Source of the DNA: Wallemia ichthyophaga EXF-994
Taxonomy: Eukaryota > Fungi > Basidiomycota
Reading direction: 5' to 3'
Length of the DNA stretch: 32,000 bases
Assembly (NCBI RefSeq): GCF_000400465.1
Contig: NW_008806282.1
Location: 210,001 to 242,000, forward strand
Shown: positions 10,745 through 22,249 of the stretch, piece by piece
Layout: the number at the start of each line of letters is the position of its first letter
Numbering within the stretch: position 1 is the first letter of the stretch
The notes under the pieces: generated by a model
What the model was told of the DNA's origin: nothing
Seen by the model: the letters and a program-made list of their open reading frames with translations, nothing else
Database searches by the model: none
Translations under genes and position numbers: made by a program

Positions 10745-12659
10745 ATGTGTGGAATATTTGGAGTATGCGGGTTAGAAAACCCAGGAGAATACAGAAGCAA
10801 GTGCATTGAATGCGTAAAAGCAATTAGACATCGTGGACCTGATTGGTCTGGTGTTCATCAGGGCAAAGACTTTATCGTCGCACACGAGAGGTGAGAGGTG
10901 GGAGCAGCGTTAGGTCCAATCCCCTCACACGCCCTAGACTTGCCATCGTTGGCGTCGACACAGGCGCTCAGCCTATCGTCAGCGAAGACGAGAAGATTAT
11001 TCTTGCAGTGAATGGAGAAATCTACAACCACAAGCAATTGAGACATGGTTTAAAGGATAAGAACGCTGTGTTCAAGACTCACTCAGATTGTGAAGTTATC
11101 ATTCATTTGGTGGGTTTTTGGTCCTTTGGTGGCTTCACCTGGATTCTTACATTCCCTAGTACCGCGAACACGGCCCACAGGCAGCTGGTCTTCTCGATGG
11201 AATGTTCAGCTGGACGTTGTTCGACACCAACTACCCACAAACCAGGGTTATCGCCGCTAGAGACCCAATTGGTATCACCACTCTCTACCAAGGCTGGAAC
11301 TCCTCAAAGCCAGGCGCTGTTTATTTCGCATCTGAATTAAAATCATTGCACACGGAATGTGACAAGATTATTTCATTCCCACCTGGTCACTTTTACGACT
11401 CACTTACAGGTAATACTGAGCGTTACTACAACCCACCATGGTGGAACGGTGACCAAGAAGACGCTTCAGCCCCAACAAAGCCAGTTGACTTGACTGTGTT
11501 GAGAGAAAGCTTGGAGGCTGCCGTCCGTAAGCGTCTGATGAGTGAAGTTCCATACGGTGTTCTTCTCTCAGGTGGTTTGGATTCCTCTCTTATTGCTGCC
11601 ATCGCTGCTAGAGAGACTGAAAAGGTGCAAAAAGCTCAATACGAAGCTCGTAAGTTACGCACTGAAGGTAGCGCTTCACCAGCCAAGTACCCAGAGCAGG
11701 ATGAAGATCGTACTTTAGCGGCATGGCCAACCCTTCACTCATTCTCTGTTGGTTTGCCAGGATCCCCTGATTTACTTGCTGCTCGCAAAGCTGCTGCTTT
11801 CTTGGGCACGACACACCACGAATTTACTTTCACTGTTCAAGATGGTATTGATGCGCTCAAAGATGTCATTTATCACCTTGAAACGTACGATGTAACAACA
11901 GTGAGAGCATCAACACCAATGTACCTGATGTCTAGGAAGATCAAGGCTATTGGTGGGTGAAGATTAGTGTGGTGCCAAACAAACTAACCAGGTCTCATAG
12001 GTGTCAAGATGGTTCTCTCTGGAGAGGGATCAGATGAAATTTTCGGTGGTTACCTTTACTTCCATGCTGCACCATCTAGAGAGGCGTTCCATCAAGAATT
12101 GGTCAAGCGTATCAAGAACCTTCACACTGCAGACTGCTTGCGTGCTAACAAATCTACCATGGCATGGGGTTTGGAGGCTAGAGTGCCGTTCCTCGATCAG
12201 AGTTTCCTCAACGAAGCCATGTCGGTCGACCCACAAGAAAAGATGTTCAGCAAAGACACAATGAAGAACCTCGACGCGGAAGGTAGATCGAGAATGGAGA
12301 AGTACATAATCCGTAAGGCATTCGATATTGAAGTTGGAGGTAAGCCATACCTCCCAGAATCAATTTTATGGCGTCAAAAGGAGCAATTTAGTGATGGTGT
12401 TGGATATTCATGGATCGACGGAATCAAAGATTTCACAGCTGAGCAAGTGTCTGACCAAGACTTTGCTAAGCGTTCGGAGCGTTTCCCACATGACACACCA
12501 GACACTAAAGAGGCATACTGGATCAGAGAGACATTTGAAAGCTTGTTCCCATCGAAGACGGCAGCGGAGACGGCAGTAAGATGGATTCCAAAGGGGGAGT
12601 GGGGATGTTCGGCAGACCCAAGTGGTCGTAGTGTTGCCATCCACGAAAAGGCATATTAA
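10745..12659 (+). CDS. ASN1: Asparagine synthetase (glutamine-hydrolysing), 4 exons. Introns 10891-10937, 11110-11159, 11953-12000
   Basis: N-terminal MCGIF (Ntn Cys), [13 protein letters not shown]|[60 protein letters not shown]. Confidence 0.97.
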
Positions 12660-12786
12660 GTGGGTGTTAGACGATAAGGGTGAAAATTTTAAAAGAAAAG
12701 AAAAACAATGTTGTTTATGTTATTATTAGTACATGATTTCGTAGCTGAATTGTGTTTACTTTAATAAAGTGATTACGTGAATGTCG

Positions 12787-13172
12787 TTACTTTGAGGGTG
12801 TTTTCACAAGGAGGCGGAAGATGCCGGCGGAGATCATGCCTGGGAGGGGAGTGAGTGTATAGGACTGGGGCAGTACAAGCACTCACCAATACCAAATACG
12901 GCTAAACCAGTACCTCTTAAGCCGCCTTTACCGGCAACGCCTCTCCCGAGACCTTGAACAGTTGCGTTTCCTTCGACACCTTTGCCAGTGCCAGACAATC
13001 TATCGAAAGCGCCGTGTTTCTTCGCTTCATAGAGAGAAAAAGCACCTGCGCCAGTGAAGACAGCTGCACCGGTTACTCGGCACTGGAGGCAGTCGCGGTC
13101 GTAGCCTTGGTTGTGTGGAAGTGCAGAAGGTGCTTGTGCTCGTGGGTTTCCGAAAGGACCAGCGCCATCCAT
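12787..13172 (-). CDS. Small DUF4536/DMAC1-like membrane protein (~112 aa); intron 12840-12886
   Basis: DCLQCRVTG (CxxC) followed by a Gly-rich hydrophobic helix; the spliced C-terminus GLAVFGIGMISAGIFRLL is a second TM segment. Family call is from motif recall. Confidence 0.7.
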
Positions 13173-13385
13173 TTTCAAATTTAAATTAGATGATGGTTTG
13201 GGATAAAGAATATAAATACTCTGATTGATCGTGTGATTTCATTTCTTTTGATCAACTGAGTCTGTGGCAAGTGTGACAGGGCGAACCGAGCTATGAATGC
13301 AGATAACGAATAAATGTATTTATCTTTTATTTTCATTGGTACTGTATATGCAATCTGAGCTCTGTACTCTGTACTCTGTGCTCTC

Positions 13386-14895
13386 ATGCCTCTCCAGCAA
13401 ACACCGCGGCTTCTAAGCATATGGACGAGTAGACTGCCAAACACAGCCAAATCAAACACCAACGGCTCTCTCAGCGGCCTCTCTATGGCTGTGAAGGATG
13501 TCTTCTGGACTACTGAGCTCCCAACAACCGCTGCGTCTAAGATGCTCCGTGATTTCCACCCAGAAGAAGACGCTGAGTGCGTCAGTTTGGCTAGAGCTGC
13601 TGGCGCTTGCTTGATCGGCAAGACCAATTGCGATGAGTTCGGCATGGGTTCCTCTAACAGATTCTCTCACTTTGGTCCTGTTCTACACCCCCTCTCTTCC
13701 GATAGACTCGCTGGTGGCTCCTCTGGCGGTTCTGCCGCTGCTGTTGCTCTCAACCAATCCTCTTTCGCCCTCTCAACGGACACTGGTGGCTCCACACGCT
13801 TGCCCGCCTCTTATTGCGGAGTTGTCGGCCTCAAACCCTCGTACGGTCTTATTTCGCGTTATGGCTTGATCCCCTATGCGGAATCACTCGATTGCGTTGG
13901 AATAATGGCTAAAAGCGTGCATACTGTAAACAGGGTGTTTGGTCCGTCGCTAATTCGTCTCCCGCTCCATCTGATACACTATAGATGTCCTATCGCAGTA
14001 TGACGAAAAGGATCCCACTTCTGAATCGACTGAGCTGCGCAAAAGCGCTCGCGAGGCTGCTCAAAGTGTCAGGCAGAGCACCGATACCTGGAGGATCGGC
14101 CTGCCCGAGGTGTGTGGATTGACATACACGGAAATGAGTATAATCTCACCACTGAAAGTAGGAATTGTTCACCAGCAAGCCATCAGATGCCCTGTCTGAG
14201 GTGCTCGATACCCTAATAAGGAAGGGTGCGACTGATGGCAAGCGTGTCGAGCTGTACCAGGTCTCTCTCCCGACAACCACGCTCGCTCTGAACGCCTACT
14301 ATGTTATTGCAAGTGCCGAGGCATCCAGCTCGCTTGCGAGGTATGACGGTATGCGATATGGTGAGCGCTCCTCTCCACATCTCTGCTCCATACAACGCAA
14401 CTCACATTCAATCTAGGGTACAGGAGCGAAAGTGGTTCGATACACGACACTCGCGAGGAGGGCTTTGGCGAAGAAGTCAAGCGACGCATCACATTAGGCA
14501 ATTTGGTCCTCTCTGCTGACTCCTTGGACAACTACTACCTCAATGCACAGCGCGCACGGACGGAGATTGTAAACGACTTTAATGGTCTGTTTAGGATGCC
14601 CAATGCACGCACTGCAACAGATGCTGTCCCAGACGGGATAGATGTCCTCATACATCCTACCGCTGTCTCGGGACCACCTCTCGTCGACTCACACGACGCT
14701 GCAGATTACGCCCAAGACCTCCTCACCACTCCGGCAAGCTTGGCTGGCTTGCCCGCCCTCAATGTCCCGATCGGTGTTGACAGCCAAGGCTTCCCGCAGG
14801 GTGTGTCGGTTGTCGGTCAGTGGGGCTGTGAGCAGTGTGTGTTTGGGGTAGCTAAGGAACTGGAGACTGCGAATGCTAGTGTTGGTGGTGTATAG
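13386..14895 (+). CDS. HER2: Mitochondrial glutamyl-tRNA(Gln) amidotransferase subunit A, 4 exons. Introns 13942-13984, 14110-14161, 14361-14416
   Basis: Amidase signature AVKD...[12 protein letters not shown]...GGSSGGSA...[23 protein letters not shown]. GatA-specific [26 protein letters not shown] and [13 protein letters not shown]. Confidence 0.92.
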
Positions 14896-14988
14896 AATGT
14901 CGTTGTATTGTTACACATAGAGATAAGTTATTAGCGTGATTCGAGCGAGTATCGAGTAGAGTGTCTCGGGTGGTATGAGCAAGTGTAA

Positions 14989-15502
14989 CTACTTCCTGCT
15001 ACGCATGAGACTGCCAACCAAGATGGCACCCAGCGCTACCGCCCCGCCGCTGATAGCTAGCCCAATGTATCCCTCTGCAGACAGTCAGCCACACCACACC
15101 TCACGCTCGTCCAAACCCACCTTTAGCCCACGCCTTATCGATAATCTGCCCCAGCGAGCGCGCTTGCAAATTATTAGGCTCCTTCTCAAGCAGGACGTCG
15201 TTCAACCTCTTCGCATCCGCGTAGTTGCTCACTTTGTAATTTCCTAGAGCGAGGTAATAGAGGCACTCACGTCTCCTCTCCGCCTCCTGCTTGTAGATTT
15301 CGCTGAGCAGCGCAACCCCCTCCGTCACCTCCTCCCGCTCCTTCGACTTGACAAGTCCCCACGCTAGGTTGAATTTCGTTTGCACTGACGTATGCCCGGC
15401 TTGCTCCTCTTTGTCGTACTGTATTCGAAGCACCTGTAGCTCACTCCTGCTCAGCGGCGTATTCACATCCACGGCGAATGGCAATTCAGCTGATGATGAC
15501 AT
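14989..15502 (-). CDS. FIS1: Mitochondrial fission protein Fis1 (TPR, tail-anchored); intron 15075-15120
   Basis: [35 protein letters not shown]. Spliced tail [28 protein letters not shown] is a TM helix with a basic end. Confidence 0.95.
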
Positions 15503-15634
15503 TGTGGTGTGTGTTCAAGAGTGCTTTGCGTTTGTATTGCTGTACACGATCATGCAGTATATCAAAAATCATACTGTATCAATCCATCAATGCATACAAA
15601 GCTCATTTACTTCTTATTTAGATAGTCATAATAA

Positions 15635-16344
15635 ATGCTCAGCGATGAGTACGTCATAGCACCCTAATGACTGCAACTTGAGCAATATTGCTATCGTTCT
15701 GTAGCGACTACGTTTTCGAAGAGTTGAAAGGTTTTCATATCTTGACTAGACTTGTTTAGCACTCTGTAAAGGTTAAACTAGTTTCCGCATATCTCAGGGA
15801 GAGCAATTTGTAATACAAAAGTATACATGGCTGATATCCTGACATCTGAGATTTCAACGAATCTTTGATCACCCTTTCATCCCCATTACTTTTTTTCGAA
15901 ATTCACTGATCAGAAGCTAAAACCCCCGGATTTTGGAGTTTTGATGACCCCCACTTTTATGTACCTTTATCTCTGCTTGAAAGTGTGAATTAAGGCAGCA
16001 TAGCAATCTCTTTCACTGGTCCCAGGTTTGATAACTGTGGACATCACGCAACCTACCATTTTTTCGCGATTATTGAGCCGAACAATTGAGATTTGTAGGT
16101 ACTTGCGCCTCTGCAAGTCAAAATAATTTGTTTTCATCAATGAAGCGCGTGAACTCCTCCGCATCTATCCTATGGTGTGCTCTAGAGCGATTTTGGACCA
16201 TTGCTTCCGATCGGCGTGCAGGGCGCAACTTGGCGCCGGAGATCTTATTCTGGCATAATCATATTCGATTTATCCAGAGCTACCTACAAAGCTTTTTCGT
16301 TTGGAGATCATCATAACTTAAAAACACCACCTGAAAGAAGATAG
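15635..16344 (+). CDS. Candidate unannotated spliced gene, or a decayed gene, divergent from FIS1
   Basis: GT..AG segments 15649-15704, 15983-16025, 16095-16145 and 16175-16221 have locally typical donors. They give MLSDDDYVFEELK and a continuous ~95-aa frame AKTPGFWSFDDP...SRELLRIYPMGATWRRRSYSGIIIFDLSRATYKAF...ERR*. The link across 15730-15914 is unresolved. Confidence 0.35.
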
Positions 16345-16599
16345 GTGGTGAAGGAGAAATTCCGAGTTGGCGGGTATTGAGCGGATGGCTGATAAGGGAA
16401 TAATTTTGGAATGCTAAAAGTGCTACTTAAACGTATACTGTAAATTTCCAAATAACATACACCAGCACACTTCCAAACCACTCTACTAATTCAACTAGTC
16501 CTGAGGTCATCCATCATTGACGTAGGGATGATGAAACTCAGCAGCTAAAAATCATAATGCAATACCACGTCTATTCTTTGTTACAATGCAAAATATAAA

Positions 16600-18313
16600 C
16601 TACCCAGCTTGACCAGCGAACTTCTTATCGTGACCTTTTTTGCGCTGAGCATTGCCCTGTTTCTCCTTGTTCTGGCGCTGACGATTATTGCCACTATGAC
16701 CAGCACCTTGCGTTGGAGCTCTACCTCTTCCGCCAGCACCACCACCTGCACCACCTCGACTAGCGCCTCTACCTCTTGAACCGCCTCTGGAATGCCTAGA
16801 CCTACCTTCCTGCACAGGTACATCTAAATTATTGTTTACGATATCCTTCTCCTGCGACAATCTTTGAATCTTGCGTGGATTCCTCATCACCTGCGAATAC
16901 CAGCCTTCTATTTGACTATCGTCGAGTCCACTAGCTTGACGCAGGCCTTCGCGCTCCTTCCCTCTGCGGGTGACGGAGGATTTGTCGAACACAGCGGCGT
17001 TTTCCTGGAAGGCCTTCTCCAAAATGCTGTAATCAACTTGTGGCGTAGCTGTGTCTGTCGATGCGCTACTAGCACTTGCCATCGGTCTGCTCCTGACAGC
17101 TAAAGCCATCTCTTCTTCATCTTCCAGTTGGTCTTCAGCTTCGGCTTCTATCTCCTCGATCTGCGCCTCTTCCGCCCTGCGCACGACGGATGCTTTGAGC
17201 TCCTCGCGCGCTGCATCGTCCATCGTGAGACCGAAGTTCCTGTGACGAATTGTTAGTTGAATTGATAGCAGACAGGATAAACGCCACCTACTTGGCTTTA
17301 CCGATGCGCAGTCTGCTGAAGTCAAGCTCATCCGCCTCGTCCGTGTCCCTAGGCTGTTCGACAGGCTCGTCCTGCGGGATGTGCACGGTACCCTCAAGCA
17401 ACGCCTCTACGAGAGCCTCTGGAGCGGCGTACTGCGGTAAGGTGAGCGCCTTCTCGACGAAAGATGGACTCTGGTCTGGGAAGATGTCCAACACGACATC
17501 GATGCGAGGGTCTCTGGTTGGTCTGGGTGGGAGATCTGGCACTGGTGGTGTTATTTCAGCCCCACTTGCACTCTTGCTAGGCAGATCTACATCCACATCC
17601 ATGACATCCAGCACGAGCAATTCTAATCTTTGACCGACGATCTGCAGATCGAAATTAGTAAGAGGGATAAGCAGCGTACTACTCTCAGTAGTTGTTTCGA
17701 AATCTGACATCATTGATGCATTCTTCAAAGGCCTGTCACTTAGCTCCGGTGGTGGTGTTCTGTCGAGTATGAAATTGAAGGCTTCTGATATCAGCGTTGC
17801 TGTGTTTGAATCATGCAAAGACTGTTGAAGCATGTTGTAGAGAATATCCATTACAACCAGCTTGTCTCCTCGCTCCAATTTGAGATAGATTCCATTGAGG
17901 TATCTGAACAAGACAAAGGCTGAATTCGCGAGAATGGCAGGGAAATTGATCGAGAAGCAGTGCAGCATATCTAACACTCTACCAAAGCGTCTGGCGGGAT
18001 TAGGCGTGAGGAGAATGTCGATATATTGCGTCAGTTCGAATGTCGTGTAGTGTGTAGATTGCGCAAGATGCTTCAAAGCTGTTACGTTGGTGCGGTGATA
18101 TGTACCAGCGAGGCATACGAGAGATTTTAGCGTCAGTCCCTTGCACCGTGCTTGCCGCTCAGCCAGCGTCAACACCACCGGCCGCACACTCGCATGCTCC
18201 GACTGGTCCTGGCAGGCGAACCAATCAAAGAGATCTTCCGCAGATCGATCACTAAGAGCCCTATTAGACTTGAGAATTTCGTTCAATTTTATATCGATTT
18301 TCCCCGCAGACAT
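16600..18313 (-). CDS. CUE3: CUE-domain protein, Cue3/ASCC2-like (ribosome quality-control trigger subunit); intron 17240-17291
   Basis: CUE domain IDVVLDIFPDQSPSFVEKAL...EALVEALLEG. ASCC2-like N-terminal helix LVCLAGTYHRTN. RG-rich tail ending NRQRQNKEKQGNAQRKKGHDKK. Confidence 0.8.
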
Positions 18314-18343
18314 TGGTTGTTGAGCAACAACGACGTCGAGGAG

Positions 18344-19460
18344 ATGCAGGACGAGGCAAATGATTTGAGATGCAACAGCCTGCGATGCCGCAAGATGCTG
18401 ATAGAAGAAGGCAAAGCGGGTGGGTGGCTGTGTACCTCAAGCGCATCTCCAATAAGCACAAACAGTGACAACGACATGCTCGCGTGAGATGCTCAGCGTG
18501 GCTCACAAGAAGCGCTCATAAAGTACATCAGACATTTTCTGCATCGATTGCGCCACAGATCTTTTCGAAGATAGCCAGACGTGTCCTGCGTGCCATACTA
18601 ATCTCGCCGAGCGCGATGATATCATTGTTTGGTCGCGCTTTGTTCTCGCATCTCGGCTGATAGAATACAGCTCAGCTCGCTTGAACCCTCTGAGGAATAC
18701 AAGAGCAGCTGCTTAGCCGGACTGTCCCCACAGCTTATCATGGATATCGCTGGACGCGCTTTTAGGTTCTGGCAGTATCAGCATTCTGAGGAGGCTGGCT
18801 TCCAGGCAATGCTGCTCAGGGATGTACAGGAGAAATTGGCAGTGGTTGAAAATAAACACCAAGGCCAAGCGAGGGAATGTGAGGGTTTTCGCTTTGGTAG
18901 TTTATGTACTGACGCAACGAGCTAGTCAGCAGCCAAGTTTCAGGTGAGCTGATAAGCTGATCGTCACCTATGGCCAGCTCTAAAAACACCGGAAAGCGCT
19001 TCAGATGCAAGTCAGCAATGTCACTTTAGAACTCCACGGCGAGCGGCGCAGAGTTCAGGCGCTTATCAAATCCCACCAAGAACAAGAAAATGAAATAAAG
19101 AGAGTCAAGAGCAGCGTAATAGCAAATAGACGCAACAGCCTAACTGAGAGAGGCACTAGATCGACAATGCACATCCCACAGCAGGAGCGACTGGAACGAC
19201 TGGAAACACCGCCTCACACTGCACAATACGCTCCTCCAACTCCAAGTAGAATAGCGACTGCGAATATATACGCTATGCAGAATGCCTCACATAGTAACGG
19301 TTATAACGTTTACAACGGCTATGAAAGGACCTCCGCCGCGTTCGGTTTCAACAGAGGTGGTCCGTTCGAAGCAGTAAACAAGTCACCCGTGAAGCGTATC
19401 AGTACTTCATCCCCAATCAAGACTCATGCCTTATCGCGCAAAACCTATCTACATAGGTAA
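18344..19460 (+). CDS. HEI10: Meiotic RING E3 ligase HEI10/CCNB1IP1-like, 6 exons including two 18-nt micro-exons (18466-18483, 18926-18943). Introns 18420-18465, 18484-18531, 18627-18670, 18879-18925, 18944-18996
   Basis: Spliced product MQDEANDLRCNSLRCRKML...AVTTTCSHIFCIDC...CPACHTNL...DDII|LSSLEPSEEYKSSCLAGLSPQLIMDIAGRAFRFWQYQ, then a coiled coil and a disordered tail. This is the HEI10 family pattern. Confidence 0.88.
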
Positions 19461-19506
19461 GGAAAAACGAAACAAAACATGAATAAATGGAAATACACAA
19501 ACAACT

Positions 19507-21836
19507 TTACCAGTCCATTTTCTTTGCTGTGGATTTCGGTGGGTTGAAAGTTCTCCCAGCGTATTCTTGACCATCTAACCAGGGCCAGGTGTCCGATCTA
19601 CGCTTTTCAAACTGAACAATATCACTTTCTTTCTGTAATGTTAATCCGATATCATCTAAACCATTAAGAAGACAGTGTCGACGGAAGTCATCGACGTCGA
19701 ATGATAATTCTTGGCCGTTGTGTCTTCTCACCACCTTCCTCTCGAGGTCGACCTCTACCTCTTTCATAGCCTTTGCATCGTTAGAGAGGTTGATAACATC
19801 TTGCTGTGGTAATATAACTGGTAACATGCCGTTCTTGAAAGTGTTGTTAAAGAAAATATCAGCAAAGGATGTCGAAATGATACATTTGATGCCTTGGTCC
19901 AATAGAGCCCATGGAGCGTGTTCTCTAGACGAGCCACAGCCAAAGTTACCACCGACGTTGACAAGAATATTTGCCTTGTTCCATGGCTCGTTGTTGAGGA
20001 CAAAGTTTGGATCAGGTTCACCTGTTTGTTGGTTGTATCTCATCCCGTAGAACGCAGCACTACCTAAGCCGGTACGCTTGATAGTCTTTAAGAATTGCTT
20101 TGGTATAATCATATCCGTGTCAATGTTTGGCAAGTCCAACGCAGCTGCGATGCCCGACAACTTGATAAATTTACTCATTCCAGCTGGTGATGACTTTCTG
20201 TTGGTTTGTTGAACAGCTGAAGGTGGACCATCAGTTTCCGGTGGACCAGTTGGAACAGCCTTTGGAATTTTAATGGTGGATTGATTTGAAGTGTAATCCT
20301 TAGGGTCTAAAATTTTCAATGCAGGCTCGTCAGTCGAAGTAGCTGATGGTAATGATGAGCTTAATGTTCTGACATCGGTGAGTTTACCGGTGATTGCAGC
20401 AGCAGCAGCCATAGCAGGAGAACACAAGTGAGTTCTACCACCTGCACCTTGTCTACCTTCAAAGTTTCTGTTGGAAGTAGAAGCGCATCTCTCTTGTGGA
20501 GCCAGTTGATCGGGGTTCATTCCCAAACACATCGAGCAACCAGCTTCTCTCCAGTCGAAACCAGCTGCTATCAAGATTCTATCGATACCTTCAGCTTCAG
20601 CTTGTCTTTTGACGTTTCCAGAACCTGGTACAATCATTGCAAGTTTAACATTGTTTGAAACTTTTCTACCTCTTGCAATTGCAGCAGTGGCTCTTAAATC
20701 CTCGATACGTGAGTTTGTGCATGAACCGATGAAAACTTTGTCGACAGAGATATCAGTCATTTGTATACCAGGTTCTAAGCCCATGTAATCTAATGAGCGT
20801 TGACAACCTTGTCTCTTTGGACCTTCAGGAAGAGACATAGGATCAGGTACCTTTTCAGTAATTGGGACGACATCTTGTGGGGAAGTACCCCAGGAAACGG
20901 TTGGAGCGATATCGCTAGAATCAATATTGACCTCAATATCATAGGATGATTCAGGATCTGAGTTGAGAGTTTGCCAGTATTTGATAGCTTTATCCCACTC
21001 ATCACCTTTTGGAGCAAGTGGTCTAGACATAAGGTAATCGTAAGTAACTTGATCAGGAGCAATCATACCAGCTCTTGCACCACCCTCGATGGCCATGTTA
21101 CAAATGGACATTCTCGCTTCCATTGAAAGAGAGCGGATGGTAGAACCGCAGAACTCAATGACGCAACCAGTACCACCGGCAGTACCAATGATACCAATGA
21201 CATGTAAGACTAAATCTTTCGAAGTAACGCCCTCGCCTAGAGGGCCTTCGACGGATATTTTCATGTTTTTAGATTTTGAGGAGAGGATTGTTTGAGTTGC
21301 GAGAACATGTTCGACTTCGGAGGTACCGATACCGAAAGCAAGGGCACCGAAGGCACCATGAGTTGAAGTGTGAGAGTCACCACAAACAACGGTAGTACCA
21401 GGAAGAGTAAAGCCCTGTTCAGGACCAATGATATGAACAATACCTTGTCTTGAATCGTCCATACCAAAGTACGTCAAGCCAAACTCTTTGATATTGTCTT
21501 CAAGAGTAGAACATTGAGTACGTGAATCTTGTTCAGTGATAAAAGAGGAAATTGATTTGAAGTTGTTCCTTGTTGAAGTAGGTATATTGTGATCGACAGT
21601 GGCAAGAGTACAGTCAGGTCTTCTAACTTTTCTGCCTGCATTTCTTAACCCTTCAAAGGCTTGAGGGGAAGTAACTTCATGGACCAAATGACGATCAATG
21701 AAGATGATGTTTGTGCCATTATCTTGGTTAACGATGTGATCGTCGAATACCTGTAACATTTGTGTTAGTTGTAATGAATATTTAATAAATAACATACCTT
21801 TTCATATAAAGTGCGTGGTTTTGTGCTATTTACCAT
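19507..21836 (-). CDS. LEU1: 3-isopropylmalate dehydratase (fused LeuC-LeuD, Fe-S); intron 21751-21797
   Basis: PRTLYEK|[74 protein letters not shown]. Confidence 0.98.
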
Positions 21837-21869
21837 GATTGTTGTGAGCAAGAAGAGGCGGCCATTCAA

Positions 21870-21889
21870 CCAATCAGGAATAGTCAGTT
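21870..21889 (+). promoter_or_regulatory. CCAAT box matching the bipartite CSAAT-N12-RWT (CBC/HapX) pattern near the LEU1 start
   Basis: CCAAT at 21870-21874, then 12 nt, then GTT at 21887-21889. Motif match only. Confidence 0.2.
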
Positions 21890-22249
21890 TGAAATACAAA
21901 TAAAGATAAGTGAATATCGATTAAACTCATCCATATCAGTTTGATAGTGTTTATTTAGTTCTTCCGATTAGTTTATCGGATTTCGGCCTATGCGATTACA
22001 AGTCCGATTTACAGATAAGTTTGAAGGCACTCAACTAGTTACAAAAATAAAAACACTTAAAACTATTGAAATGCTGAATCTATTAAGCAATAGATTAAAA
22101 TTGAGGAATCTACTCAAATGTTTACAAGGGTTTAACATAAGACACGTATTTTAGATAATATACGCAATACTCACTGAAATTACTTGGTTCGTTAAAAATT
22201 TACACATACAATTATCAATTTGATAGAAATCCTTTTCAGGTAAACAGCA

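Noticed and set aside
13360-13385. Short repeats: CTCTGTA x2-3 before GatA, also (CGAA)3 near 8942 and the ASQASQASASA codons in eIF2A
   Set aside because: Ordinary microsatellite or low-complexity sequence; no spacers, so not CRISPR-like.
16146-16250. Resemblance of RIYPMGATWRRRSY to the Rev7/HORMA motif YPxG...KRKKY
   Set aside because: It sits near the C-terminus of the candidate and the rest of a HORMA domain cannot follow.
16501-16541. Hammerhead-like CTGA...GAAA core and a C-box-like ATGATGA
   Set aside because: The core deviates from CUGANGA-stem-GAAA, stems I and III with a cleavage site cannot be formed, and there is no downstream D box.
1-18313. Apparent functional clustering of mitochondrial genes (ODC, purU, DUF4536, GatA, FIS1) and of SKI2 with CUE3
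   Set aside because: These categories are common in a dense genome, and the sequence alone shows no shared regulatory motif or synteny evidence.
18398-18477. Alternative CUE3 first exon (MSLSLFVLIGDALE) joined through a 38-nt intron, overlapping HEI10 coding exons
   Set aside because: The donor GTACAC lacks the near-invariant +5 G and the intron is shorter than all 49 accepted ones.
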